From assembly GCA_009859145.1 (NCBI GenBank), contig VRVR01000021.1, positions 71,507-135,506 on the forward strand: a stretch of 64,000 bases of DNA. Reading direction: 5' to 3'. The stretch's first letter is position 1. The number at the start of each line of letters is the position of its first letter. The stretch comes from Andalucia godoyi And28 (taxonomy: Eukaryota; Protista; Jakobida). Both the position numbers and the translations under genes were made by a program. The notes under the pieces were generated by a model. It ran no database searches, was not told the origin of the DNA, and worked only from the letters and a program-made list of their open reading frames with translations. Below are positions 11,503-21,922 of the stretch, piece after piece.

Positions 11503-11815
11503 CCGCTCGCCAAAACATGAATCATTATCGATCATCATCAGCTAAACTGTCACCGAAGACAGATCCAAGCCACATGTTTTTTTGCTTTCATTTGGGGGCG
11601 AGCACCAGCTCTTCAATGCAGATTGCTGCGCATCAAAGGGTCATCGCTTCTTCTTGCAGCTCTCCGCCTCCGACGATAGGAGATCACCGGGTGTCTTGGT
11701 TCTCGGTGTCTTCAAGCATGGCTGGCGTGGGTTTGTTGGGAAGATTCCCTCTTTGAAGCCATGAGATGCTTTGGGTTCCGATAAACAAACTTCTAGTATG
11801 ATATTGTTTGATGTT
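11503..11815 (+). repeat. Dispersed repeat family A, copy 1
   Basis: CCGCTCGCCAAAACATGAATCATTATCGATCATCATC...GGGAAGATTCCCTCTTTG...ATTGTTTGATG is shared with 60889-61313 and partly with 21724-21922. Confidence 0.85.
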
Positions 11816-12080
11816 CATACACACTGTTGGAAGACATATTAATTTTTAAAATATAAAAAAGAACCAAATGAGATGCAAAATTCGGAATCCCGTGGGGAAA
11901 AATGCATCTCGAAGCGAGCGCGGTTAAAGCCAAGACATTTTGACATCTCTTCCATGACGCTCAGAAGATGATGGGGCTTCCTCTGGAAAGATCGAGTAAA
12001 TCGTGGACGCCTCTACTCCGTTGAATCCATTCGAAAGTACCTCGCAGGCCGCTCCGTCACCACTGCCACGGGAAAAAAGA

Positions 12081-12485
12081 ATGCAAAGAGAAGACGATCT
12101 GTTGCGCGAGAGTTCTCCAGCGATCATCAACGGCCCGATCTCGAAACGACAAGTCCAAGACCCTTCAAACGACAGTATCGCGTTCGGGATCAGCTTCAAC
12201 CGCCCCGGTCTTAAAGACGATGGCGGAGCGGAAACGTCGAAGAAGCTGTGGTTGTCCACAAAGACTGTGTCGCTCGATTCGGATTGGAGCTCCTTAGCTG
12301 GATTTTTCCAAGCGTTTGCTGTTCGACTCGCGATCATTCACACGGACACGACGAGCAATCTTAACCGGATACGACGTTTTCGCCAGCATCTGATAACCAA
12401 AGCTGCTGAATACGAAGATGCTGTAGTCCACGACGAAGAAACTGGAGAGTACAAAAAACACTGTGGAGTTCGAAATGGATCGTGA
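12081..12485 (+). CDS. Possible orphan protein (134 aa)
   Basis: First ATG within the 160-aa ORF; protein-like C-terminal helix; no family recognised. Confidence 0.3.
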   Translation: MQREDDLLRESSPAIINGPISKRQVQDPSNDSIAFGISFNRPGLKDDGGAETSKKLWLSTKTVSLDSDWSSLAGFFQAFAVRLAIIHTDTTSNLNRIRRFRQHLITKAAEYEDAVVHDEETGEYKKHCGVRNGS

Positions 12486-12954
12486 TTGGCTTTGGTTCTT
12501 GAAATATATATGTTTTGAAGCAAAATTCAATCGTATTGATTAAGCGAAGTGCGCAATGGCTGCCTCGGCGCTTCTCCCTTTAGGGAGTTGTAAGCATAAA
12601 TCTCATGAAAGCGAGGCGAGTGTTGTTGCCAGTACTGATCAATATTGATTAGTAGTATTGGAACGAGGCGACGTGACCATAGTCCACCTAAAAAAAAGTC
12701 TCTTGTCGGAAGATTCTTGCTGCTGACGATCCCGAGCCGCAAAAACCCGCGACGTTGCCGTATGCAGAACAAGTATTTGTTCCGTTCTCCCGCACATTCA
12801 GCTTTCTTCTCTTTCTTTCCTTCCTTTCAGCGTTTTCTTTCAAGTATTATTGTTTTATACATATATTGTAGGAACTTACTTTTCAGGTCGATCTACTTCT
12901 GCGCTTTCGTTTTCCATTCTGGGGCGCCGGCTGTCCAAGAGGCCTTGTAGTGCA

Positions 12955-12956
<2 letters not shown>

Positions 12957-13041
<85 letters not shown>
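12957..13041. repeat. (TG)n microsatellite
   Basis: Seen directly; it inflates several spurious ORFs. Confidence 0.95.
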
Positions 13042-13043
<2 letters not shown>

Positions 13044-13121
13044 TGGTGGTGGTTTTGGAGTCCGGTTTTCTTTTCTTTTCTTTTCTTTTTTCGGAATCCG
13101 TATGTTTTAGAGTTGGTAAAC

Positions 13122-14600
13122 ATGAGTCTGAGCCAGTCGCCGGGAGAATGTTCGTTACCGCTGTCGCATCTATCGCTGGAGAACCTGTTTGCTGATGTGG
13201 AAGAAGTCATTACGCCTCTTGAACTTCGCAGGTTTCGACCTGCTCCATTTCCCGTTCAAGAAGCGTCTGCAGAGAATTTGGAGTCGTCTCCGGGAGATTC
13301 TGATTTTCCTTTTGCGGCCCCTTCTGCAAGTGCATCGCCGCCCTTGGACACGTCTGTGCAGCAGCGGCAGCAGTCGTTGACAACGACGTCCGCTCAACTT
13401 GGTCAGGATGCGGGCTCTCCGGATGAGAACAGCATTGGCATGTTCCACAGGTTTCGAGCTTCTGTTGCTTGCACCAACTGCAGGCTTGCCAAGCGCAAGT
13501 GCGATGGATTGCTGCCGTGTTCGCGGTGTGTGGATAGGCAGTTGGGGGATCTGTGCCGATATGACGCGGATACCTTGGAAACGGTAAATCGATTTAGCAA
13601 GCGTCCTAAAAAGCCGTTGAAGTCGAGCACCATGACTTCTGCAGCGCCGGGTCGTCTCCCTGCCGCTCAGGAGATATCAAGCAGGCAAGTTAGAGGAGAT
13701 TCGGTCTTTGTTCGAGAAATCCCCGTGCATGACCCAGTGCTTCAAGGGATCCAAATCTATCAGTCCTTGCCTGTGGCAGAATCTGGCAGCCCGGTTCTCC
13801 GAGGGGTGTCTGCAGACGGAATGTTGGCAATTTGCAGCTGCCTGTCTGCTGTGGATACGCTGGCAGGTGCAGATCCCTCTGGCGCGATTCCGTATCGCAA
13901 GTCCGTGGATGGGTTCATGTCCATTGTGCGTGGCCTCTCTGCTCATGTCAAGTTGCCAAATGATGCCTTGAGCCCCTTCCCAGCTGATCAAGAGTTTCAG
14001 CGATCGCTGCATGCTCTTCTGGATCGTTCGTCGGATACCTTCAAGATGTCTCCGTACTATGAGTTCATGCAGCGCTGTCCGCATCTTGTCACTCCAGATT
14101 TTGTCGGGGTATTCGATTTCTTTTCAAAGTATGTAGATCCGCATAAGGACATCCTGAATCATTTGAATACTCCGCCATCCCAGGTGGCGCAGCGCGATTG
14201 GTTTTTCAGTGCACAGTTTGACAGAGCTCGTCAGTTTGTCGATCGGTTCCCTTATCCATGCATGCTCTCAGGGCATCGCAATTCGATCATTCACGTGAAC
14301 GCTCCGTTTCTTGCGGTGTCGATGTGGACTAGGGAACAATTACTGTCCAAGAATCTTTTAGCCTCATGGCTGGTTGACGATGAGTGCATGCCTTCCATTC
14401 TCAAAGTTTCCCAGAAAGCGCTGTTGTCGCTGGACGGCTATGAAATCGCGTATTCTATCCCGAATGTCCGTCTTCGCAGAAGAGATGGCAAGCAAGTCAC
14501 ATACTGTGCAGCGGTTGCGAAAATTTTTGATTCTCGCAATTTGAACTTGTTGTACATGGATATGTTCATTCCCATGGACGCTGTACAGGGGAATGCGTAG
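13122..14600 (+). CDS. Zn(II)2Cys6 transcription factor with C-terminal PAS-like domain (paralog 2)
   Basis: CTNCRLAKRKCDGLLPCSRCVDRQLGDLC; C-terminal half aligns by eye with paralog 1 (SPY.EF..RC.HLVT, DWFF, FP.PC.L, RRDGK.V.YCA..AK.FD). Confidence 0.85.
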   Translation: MSLSQSPGECSLPLSHLSLENLFADVEEVITPLELRRFRPAPFPVQEASAENLESSPGDSDFPFAAPSASASPPLDTSVQQRQQSLTTTSAQLGQDAGSPDENSIGMFHRFRASVACTNCRLAKRKCDGLLPCSRCVDRQLGDLCRYDADTLETVNRFSKRPKKPLKSSTMTSAAPGRLPAAQEISSRQVRGDSVFVREIPVHDPVLQGIQIYQSLPVAESGSPVLRGVSADGMLAICSCLSAVDTLAGADPSGAIPYRKSVDGFMSIVRGLSAHVKLPNDALSPFPADQEFQRSLHALLDRSSDTFKMSPYYEFMQRCPHLVTPDFVGVFDFFSKYVDPHKDILNHLNTPPSQVAQRDWFFSAQFDRARQFVDRFPYPCMLSGHRNSIIHVNAPFLAVSMWTREQLLSKNLLASWLVDDECMPSILKVSQKALLSLDGYEIAYSIPNVRLRRRDGKQVTYCAAVAKIFDSRNLNLLYMDMFIPMDAVQGNA

Positions 14601-14799
14601 AAATGGGAGGAAGCATTGCCAGGCTAAGTCCTGAGTTCTTGCCACAATACAAGCCACCCCCATCGTGTAAATATTTGATACTGAAGCGCAAACATTTCAT
14701 TTACTCTCTCGCATCTCGGCACAGTTCCTGTTCCAAACAGTATGCCAAAGAAACATCTCATCCAGAAAGAAGAAAGAAGCTGCGGAGCTCGGATTGGAT

Positions 14800-15876
14800 T
14801 CAAACGCTGTCCTTCTGCACAAACTTGTTGAGCTTCTCAAACTGCTGCGTCCATCCAGCCGTGCACACCGTGCGAAACTCGTCGGACACTGAACCAGTGG
14901 TTGTCCGCAGCGTCATCTTGGTCTTCTTGCCCTCCTCAACAGGCTCAAACGTCACCGTCACAAGAGACTCTTCGGGGAATCCTTCTGGAATGCCATACTT
15001 TTGGGGAGAAACACGATTACCGGCTTCGTCAGTGAAGTAGGACGTCGAGACGATCTTCTGGTTGGGCACAATCTCCCGATACATCCCGCCGCACCAGTTG
15101 CGGTATCCTGCATAGCACCCGGCATCCGGCAGGCCCTCCATGCACAAATGGGTTACCCCGCCGACTCTGAAATCCATGTTGCACAAAGGGACATGGAACG
15201 CATCCGGTCCCCACCATTGCTTGACTTGCTCGGCAGATGACCATGCCTGGAACACACTTGAAGGCGGCGCATCGACCGTGCGCTCAATAACGAGCTCACG
15301 TCCCTGTCCAAAAGGCAGCGGTTCCGAACTGTCGCCTGCAGCGCCATTCTTCTTGTCAAAGAACGCCACAAGCTTGTCCAGCATCTTTTCCGAGCATTCC
15401 TTGCATTGCACGTAGTATCCCTTGGGAACGGTGCCGACCTTGTGAACGTGATGCACGAGGGTTTTGGCCGATCCATCGCCAACAGGAGTGAAGGTGATCG
15501 TAACCAATGCTTCCGGCGCAATCGTTTCAGGGAGCCCATATGTGGAAAACGGAACCGTGTTTCCCTTCTCGTCTGCGAACGCATCGATGTAAGCCACAGT
15601 CTTTCCCGGCACAAGCTCGGTGTACGTGCCTTTTCCATAGCACTCGAAGGCCGGTGGGCCTGTGCACTTCATGTGATAGAAGAACCGCCCACCCGGAACG
15701 CGAGCATCGAAAGCCAGAAAGTTCAAGGTTGACGTCTCAAACAAGAACCACTGCACAAATGTGTCCTTCTTGGTGTACGCGTCGTACACCTCGAGTGGAG
15801 TCGCGTTCACCGTGCGGTCCACAACGATGTCTTCGGTAGACAGCGCGTCCTGATCAGCACTACTTCCACACTGCAT
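14800..15876 (-). CDS. Protein with two tandem SRPBCC (AHSA1/CalC-like, COG3832-type) domains
   Basis: Two repeats of IERTVDAPP..VF.AW...WWGP...DFRVGG...Y.EIVP..KIV.T..F.DE.GN...YG.PE..P.E.LVT.TF. Confidence 0.85.
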   Translation of the reverse strand: MQCGSSADQDALSTEDIVVDRTVNATPLEVYDAYTKKDTFVQWFLFETSTLNFLAFDARVPGGRFFYHMKCTGPPAFECYGKGTYTELVPGKTVAYIDAFADEKGNTVPFSTYGLPETIAPEALVTITFTPVGDGSAKTLVHHVHKVGTVPKGYYVQCKECSEKMLDKLVAFFDKKNGAAGDSSEPLPFGQGRELVIERTVDAPPSSVFQAWSSAEQVKQWWGPDAFHVPLCNMDFRVGGVTHLCMEGLPDAGCYAGYRNWCGGMYREIVPNQKIVSTSYFTDEAGNRVSPQKYGIPEGFPEESLVTVTFEPVEEGKKTKMTLRTTTGSVSDEFRTVCTAGWTQQFEKLNKFVQKDSV

Positions 15877-16412
15877 TGCAATTTTTTTTACTACGATAAC
15901 TCCTCAGATTCTGTCGAGCAAAAAGAATGAAGGGAGCGGAGAAAAGAAGAAGAAGAAGAAGAAACGAAAGAAAGCAAAGCAAAAAGGTACATACGTGTTG
16001 CAGCTTTTGTTTCCACTGTCTGAAACTTTCTGCTGTGCTTGCCGCAACATGTCGTTTTTATCTTCTGCACACACACACTCACATGCGCATTTTGTCGTCG
16101 AGTGGATTTCTATTCTGCACAGATGCGTGACGTGTCGGGGAATTCGCGATCCCAAAAATGGGATTTCCGCTCCGCCTGCCCGATATGCTGCTGCCTTCCA
16201 CTTCCCCGAATCTTTTAGAGTCGTTTAATCTGTTGTAGCTGGCGAGTCACAATGGAGGAAATTGAGAACGCCCAACATGCAGATAGGCCGTACGCAGCAT
16301 TCAATCGTTATCTCGTTGCCCCAGGCCGAAGAACCCGCCCCCCAAGCAGTCCCCGCCTGTTTTTTTGTTTTCTGTCCTCATTCTTAGTGTGCTTGTTTTG
16401 CGTGTTTGCATG

Positions 16413-16413
<1 letters not shown>

Positions 16414-16458
<45 letters not shown>
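16414..16458. repeat. (ATT)n microsatellite
   Basis: Seen directly in sequence. Confidence 0.95.
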
Positions 16459-16541
16459 TTGTTTTTGGTTTATTTTTTATTTTAAATTAGTAATACTAAC
16501 AAAGAAGGAGTAGTAGTAGTAGCGGCAGTACGTATTAAGTG

Positions 16542-17078
16542 ATGTCATCGTCTTCCAGCACGCGAGTCGCCAAGAACGACTTTTCGTATACGCCGCGGTC
16601 TCGCATTCGAGCAAAGAAGCCCAAGTTTGAGCTTTCGGAGGAGCAGAAGCAAGAGATTCGCGAGGCGTTTGATCTGTTTGATACTGAAAAGACGGGGCGC
16701 ATTGATGCGCATGAGATGAAAGTGGCGATGCGAGCTCTCGGATTTGATGTCAAGAAGGAGCAAGTGCTGAAGCTTATGGAGGAGTTTGACCGCGATGGGA
16801 CTGGGTCGATTGAGTTTTCGGACTTCCTGGAAATCATGACTGAGAAAATAGCACAGCGGGATCCGAACGAAGAGGTGCTGAAGGCTTTCCGCCTCTTTGA
16901 CGACGACGGCACGGGGCGCATTTCGCTCAAGAACCTTCGTCGAGTCGCGAGAGAACTCGGGGAAAACATGACCGATGAAGAGCTCCAGGCGATGATCGAC
17001 GAGTTTGACAAGGATGGCGACGGCGAGATCTCTGCAGACGAGTTCCACGCAATCATGACTTCTTCCGACGACTTTTAA
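16542..17078 (+). CDS. CETN: Centrin (caltractin), four EF-hand protein
   Basis: [38 protein letters not shown]...DKDGDGEIS; ATG at 16542. Confidence 0.95.
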   Translation: MSSSSSTRVAKNDFSYTPRSRIRAKKPKFELSEEQKQEIREAFDLFDTEKTGRIDAHEMKVAMRALGFDVKKEQVLKLMEEFDRDGTGSIEFSDFLEIMTEKIAQRDPNEEVLKAFRLFDDDGTGRISLKNLRRVARELGENMTDEELQAMIDEFDKDGDGEISADEFHAIMTSSDDF

Positions 17079-17446
17079 AGCCGGGGAGAAGACGACTGAC
17101 AAGCAGATAGCAGTTGTTATGCAACGACGACAGAAGGAGGGGCGAATAAGAAAAATGTAGTTGTGGAGGTTTTGAGTCGTGGAAAGCATAAAACTTGTGA
17201 ATTCATATGAAATGCAGCCTCTGCGTGGCGTCCATTGATTCCAGATTCCAAATGTCGGAACAACACACACACACACACACACACACACAGAAGGTCCAAG
17301 GACAAGGAGGTGCGTGGCGAACTTGAGGTGGGTCTCTACTTTCCAGATGCCTTCCTTCTGGAGTTGTTTTCGGAAACTTGGCTTTTTTCCACAAGAACAC
17401 CAGGAACAATTTTATTCAAACAAGCAGAATTGAAAGTAAGTCTCGG

Positions 17447-18436
17447 ATGCAAAGGCTGGTCAACAGATCCATCGTCCGAGTTCGTGGCGCAGATCGGATG
17501 AGATTTCTGCAGTCACTGCTGACGCAGGATGTGATGCCGCTGGACTCGGAACCTTTGAAACCAGTTGCTTCATGCTTTCTTTCTGCCAAGGGCCGTGTGC
17601 TCTGCGACATGCTTTTGTTCAACTCGTCGTCCATCGCGAGTAACCTTTCTTCGCTTCCTGCGTTTTCGGCTGCCAAGCCAACTCTCGACGACGTTGGCGA
17701 TGCAGTTCTCATCGACCATGATGCTGCGATTTCTGACCGTCTCGTTCGGGCGCTTTCAATGTACAGGCTGAAGTCACAGGTGCAAATTGATGTTCTTCCG
17801 TCCACGAAGTACGGTGTTTTTGCCCTGTTCGATCGAAACGACCATGCAGATAATGATGCAATGGGAAACGACCCGCGGCTGCGTCGGCTTGGTTCGAGGT
17901 ACATTGCACCTACTAGCTGCGTCGCCATAGAAGCCCGAGAAAACAGCTATGATCAACACAGACTGGGACTGGGTGTTCCGGAGGGCTTTGCAGATCTGCA
18001 GTGGGACGTGCATACTCCGCTGGAAGCAAACATGGATTTGCTCCACGCTGTTTCGTTCAACAAGGGATGCTACATCGGCCAGGAGCTTACGGCCAGGACT
18101 CATTATACGGGCGTCATCCGAAAGAGACTGTTTTCCATACAGATCGATCCACAGAGCCTCGGCTTCATTGGGAATCAAGGCCTGGAGCCAACAACGATGG
18201 TCGGAGCGGATGTTGTGAGGATCTCGGATGACAAAAAGATAGGCTCGTTAAGGTCTTTGTACGGGCATCGGGGTATGGCGCTGCTGCGGATCGAGCCTGT
18301 TCTGACAGATCCTGTCCCTGCAGCTTTCGGCATCCGGATCCCCAGAGACAGCCGTCCAGCAATTACCATCCCTATCCACCGGGTCATTTGGCCCGACTGG
18401 ATCCCCAAGCCAGACCTGTCGTCCTTGGAGTCGTAA
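17447..18436 (+). CDS. IBA57: IBA57/CAF17/YgfZ-family folate-binding Fe-S cluster maturation factor
   Basis: KGCYIGQELTARTHYTG signature; N-terminal RSIVRVRGADRMRFLQSLLTQD. Confidence 0.9.
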   Translation: MQRLVNRSIVRVRGADRMRFLQSLLTQDVMPLDSEPLKPVASCFLSAKGRVLCDMLLFNSSSIASNLSSLPAFSAAKPTLDDVGDAVLIDHDAAISDRLVRALSMYRLKSQVQIDVLPSTKYGVFALFDRNDHADNDAMGNDPRLRRLGSRYIAPTSCVAIEARENSYDQHRLGLGVPEGFADLQWDVHTPLEANMDLLHAVSFNKGCYIGQELTARTHYTGVIRKRLFSIQIDPQSLGFIGNQGLEPTTMVGADVVRISDDKKIGSLRSLYGHRGMALLRIEPVLTDPVPAAFGIRIPRDSRPAITIPIHRVIWPDWIPKPDLSSLES

Positions 18437-18856
18437 GCTGTACATATCTCTGCATCTCTTCATCTATTCATTTGTTTTATTTTTTCTACTTTTCCCTTCC
18501 GTCCCTATCCCGGTTCGTACTCTATCAATATATCCTCTTTTCATCACTGCTCCACCGCGTTTCCCTTCCCAGTCCTAAAAAGGTCAGTTACGCACTGGAA
18601 GAATTCCTGTCGTCCCTACTGCTGCAGCATGCACCATCCAACGTCTAATCTACAGCAGGAAACTGCGGAGTCGGGGGGAGTGTTTCGGAATTCCTTCGTT
18701 TCGCCTGTGTTCGTTCTTCGTCCGACACGTTTTCCTTTCGTTTCCTCTTTCCTTTCTTCTTTTTCTTGGTGTGTTTTACTTTCCTTTGTGCTTTGTTCCC
18801 CTTCACCTTTTTGCTTCTCCTCTCCTCCTGCTTCTTCTTCTTCTTTTCTCTCTCTT

Positions 18857-18897
<41 letters not shown>

Positions 18898-19008
18898 CTC
18901 TCCGTTATCTTCTGTTTTGCATCTGTTTTTGTTTTTCGTGTGTGTGAATAAGGGGGGGTTTTCCGGTGGGTTTCCGACTTCAGACAGAGGACTTTTTACG
19001 TGCATTGA

Positions 19009-21561
19009 ATGAAGTCGAAGACCATTTTGTGGATAGGAATATCCGTGTTTACGCTTTGTGTGGCCATTTCGTGCATTGCGATTGGACTGAACATCTACAT
19101 TCGGAACCTCGTTCGCGATGGTCTGATTGACTACGCGCGCATTTCTACGGATACTAATTCCGATTCATACAAGATGTGGGTCAAGAACTATCCGGACGAG
19201 AATGATTGCGTAAAGCACACGTGTCAGTACGTGTACTACAAGTTTTGGAACCTTACGAACGCCGTGGATGTGCAGCTCAATGGGGCGAAGCCAAGATACG
19301 ACCTTGTCGGGCCGTACACATACCAAGACGTTGAAGATCGGCTTGTCGTGGAACCCGGATTTGAGAACGATCGAGTTACATTTTTGCCTCGACAGCGCTA
19401 CACGTGGATTCCAGAAATGAGCAAGGCTGGTGCCACGACGGACGACATCATCATCAATCTGAATCCGACGTATCTTGGTGCGATGTACCAGTTTGGAGGA
19501 AACGAGAATGCACTGTTCACAACCGCTGCCGGGCCGCTGCTGGATCAGCTTGTGGAGATTTTGGGTCCTGTAATCGGTTTCATTGGGTATGTCTTTCCTC
19601 GTCAGCAGACGTTTTCACCAATGTATGATCCCTCCGTGTTTGCCCCGTTTGGTGGATTCTCCAGTAGCCAGGTGGCCAGCGTTTTGGTTTCCAAGGATCC
19701 CACTGCAGAATGCGACAAGCAATTCCCGATTGCGGTGAATGCCACGAACTGCAAGGTGCAGCTTGCTCCTCTGAGCTTCAATCTTGGGCTTGACCTGTCG
19801 AACGGAACGCAGCAAGCTGTCGCGGTTGTGACGAAGCTGGTGGATCCCAGTTCTCCAGTTTCCATTGCAAGCAGCGACTTTGGTGGATCTCAGGTGTTTA
19901 CACTTTCCTGCTACATTGCTCCACTGTTATCGACAGCAACTTCCCTGTCCAGGAGCCCGGCATCCGCCAATTGGAAAGCTTTGGTATCCTCTCTCAATGC
20001 CGACGTTTCTGGAGTCAAGATTGACCTGCAGGAGGATGATCCTTCCGATCCTCTGGCTGGACTAATAGATGCTTTTGGCACTGCGATTGCAGAGGAACTT
20101 TGCAACTGGGTAGTGGGATTTGATATCGTGAACCAGATCGAACAGTTGGCCGTGAGCATGTTTGCGAATGCTGATCCAGGCGTGAAAAACATATCCGACC
20201 TGGTCTACCTTGAGTGGGCACAGGGCTCCGTGACGTTTGGCTCCGACCTGTTGGCTCCCCTTACGAACAATACTGCATATTTGTCTTTGGCAAATTGGTA
20301 CAATTCGTTCAACGGAACCCTTCCAGACGCAGCAACCTTGACGGTTGATCAGACTAAAGTCTTGTTTGGCCCCGCCGTCCTGGGATCGACCGAGAACTAT
20401 CTGCAGTTTCTCGGTATGTGCCAAGAAGATGAAGGCGCCGTTCCCGCTACGTATGGACTTCCATCTGCATTCTGTGGCCCGTTTCTCGGATACATCCAGG
20501 ACAATTTGAATGATGGTGCGCTTCCTCTTCTTATTGCCTCTCCGTCGCTGCAGTTTTTGACATCGTCACCTGCGCCGTCGTCTAATGGAGACGATAGTTC
20601 GCAAGCGGTTGGCCAGATTGGCCTGTTTGTCGGTCGAACCGTCGATCAGTGGCTGTTCAACTGCACAGATCCCCTTCTGGGCGCGCCGTGCTTCATCCAA
20701 GGACAGGACACGAATGGATTTGAGAATGCATACTCTCGCATGAAGACGGGGTATGATACGGAGGACGGCTCCTCTTCTTGGATTTATGAAGAGTGGAACA
20801 ATGTCACTTCGCTCACCGGTTTATGGGCCGAGCCGGAACCTGTGTTCGGAACCGATGCAACCCGCTTCCGACCGCTTTTATTGGATGTCTACGACGAGAA
20901 GACGCGCGTGGACGGGTGGCGATTCCTTCCGATGTTTGTCAGTTCGGTCTATCGCTCTCTCACTATGCAATATGAAAATGATATTGACTTCAAAGGCATC
21001 ACACTCTGGAGATATCGTTTGGAAAGCCATGCACTCAGAAGGAATTCTCGGTACTACCAACAGGTGGACGGCATGGGCAACTTGACCATTCCGAACTCTG
21101 CGCCGATTTTCGTTTCCAAGTTCAACTTTTTCGACGTTGACCCGTGGGTCCGTGAGGCAATCGATGTTGTGCACACTCCGACCGGAAAGATTATTCTGGA
21201 CGAGGATTTGGATGACACCATTTTAGACATTGAACCGTACACGGGAATCTGTCTTTCTGGCTTCCGGCGCTTGCAGTTGAACTTCCAAATTCCAGAGTAC
21301 TACACTTTCAATGATGCGAAGGGCATGAAGCGCTCTGCAGTGCGACGCATCTTCTATCCCGTTCTCCAGATTGACGATGGCGGCACTGCGACGGATGCAG
21401 ACACGAACGTGATCAAAGACACGGTGTACACTCCTTTGCTAATCGCCACAATTCTCTTCTGGGGTGGGATTGGAGTCGGCATTTTTGGATTCATTGCTGG
21501 CTTCTTCATCTGCCTGGCTTCTCGCAGAAAATCAATCAAGGAAACCTACACCAAGATGTAG
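19009..21561 (+). CDS. CD36/LIMP-II (SCARB2, Dictyostelium Lmp-like) scavenger receptor, paralog 1
   Basis: N- and C-terminal TM helices; FWNLTNA.DV..NGAKP.Y..VGPY.Y; GTDATRF.P; LDIEPYTG; C-terminal YTKM (YxxPhi). Confidence 0.9.
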   Translation: MKSKTILWIGISVFTLCVAISCIAIGLNIYIRNLVRDGLIDYARISTDTNSDSYKMWVKNYPDENDCVKHTCQYVYYKFWNLTNAVDVQLNGAKPRYDLVGPYTYQDVEDRLVVEPGFENDRVTFLPRQRYTWIPEMSKAGATTDDIIINLNPTYLGAMYQFGGNENALFTTAAGPLLDQLVEILGPVIGFIGYVFPRQQTFSPMYDPSVFAPFGGFSSSQVASVLVSKDPTAECDKQFPIAVNATNCKVQLAPLSFNLGLDLSNGTQQAVAVVTKLVDPSSPVSIASSDFGGSQVFTLSCYIAPLLSTATSLSRSPASANWKALVSSLNADVSGVKIDLQEDDPSDPLAGLIDAFGTAIAEELCNWVVGFDIVNQIEQLAVSMFANADPGVKNISDLVYLEWAQGSVTFGSDLLAPLTNNTAYLSLANWYNSFNGTLPDAATLTVDQTKVLFGPAVLGSTENYLQFLGMCQEDEGAVPATYGLPSAFCGPFLGYIQDNLNDGALPLLIASPSLQFLTSSPAPSSNGDDSSQAVGQIGLFVGRTVDQWLFNCTDPLLGAPCFIQGQDTNGFENAYSRMKTGYDTEDGSSSWIYEEWNNVTSLTGLWAEPEPVFGTDATRFRPLLLDVYDEKTRVDGWRFLPMFVSSVYRSLTMQYENDIDFKGITLWRYRLESHALRRNSRYYQQVDGMGNLTIPNSAPIFVSKFNFFDVDPWVREAIDVVHTPTGKIILDEDLDDTILDIEPYTGICLSGFRRLQLNFQIPEYYTFNDAKGMKRSAVRRIFYPVLQIDDGGTATDADTNVIKDTVYTPLLIATILFWGGIGVGIFGFIAGFFICLASRRKSIKETYTKM

Positions 21562-21723
21562 TCGTTTTCGTTTCGCGGCCTGTTGTTCTTTGCTCGTTGC
21601 TGTTGCTAGATCGTTATTCCCTCCACTCCCTTTTTCCGCACCATTTCGGGCATTCCCAGCAGTTGTAATGAAACAAACATAAATAAAATGGCTCAATTGA
21701 TCGAAAATATCAGATGATGCTGG

Positions 21724-21922
21724 TCATCAACGGGTTTGTTGGGAAGTTCCCTCTTTGGAGCCATGAGATGTGTTTTGTCTCTGACGAGGAGGTGCTGCTT
21801 GAGAGTTCGATTATTGAAAACACAAACAAGCAGAAAATAGTAGAAAGAAAGACAAAAGACAGTGACAAATGAAGAAAATACTAGACTTGACTACGGTAGG
21901 AAGGCAGCATTGTTTGATGTTT
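21724..21922 (+). repeat. Dispersed repeat family A, copy 2 (3' part), abutting the Fanzor end
   Basis: TCATCAACGGG, GGGAAG.TCCCTCTTTGGAGCCATG, CTAGACTTGACTACGGTA and ATTGTTTGATG are shared with 61060-61313 and/or 11730-11815. Confidence 0.8.

Noticed and set aside
12850-13210. ORFs with poly-CV or poly-HT
   Set aside because: Translations of (TG)n microsatellites. Likewise the poly-Y, poly-I and poly-F ORF starts at 4706, 9157, 16252 and 22845.
16130-16210. TCGGGGAA/TTCCCCGA inverted repeat and ATCCCA/TGGGAT hairpin upstream of centrin
   Set aside because: Short, single-copy, and no second line of evidence.
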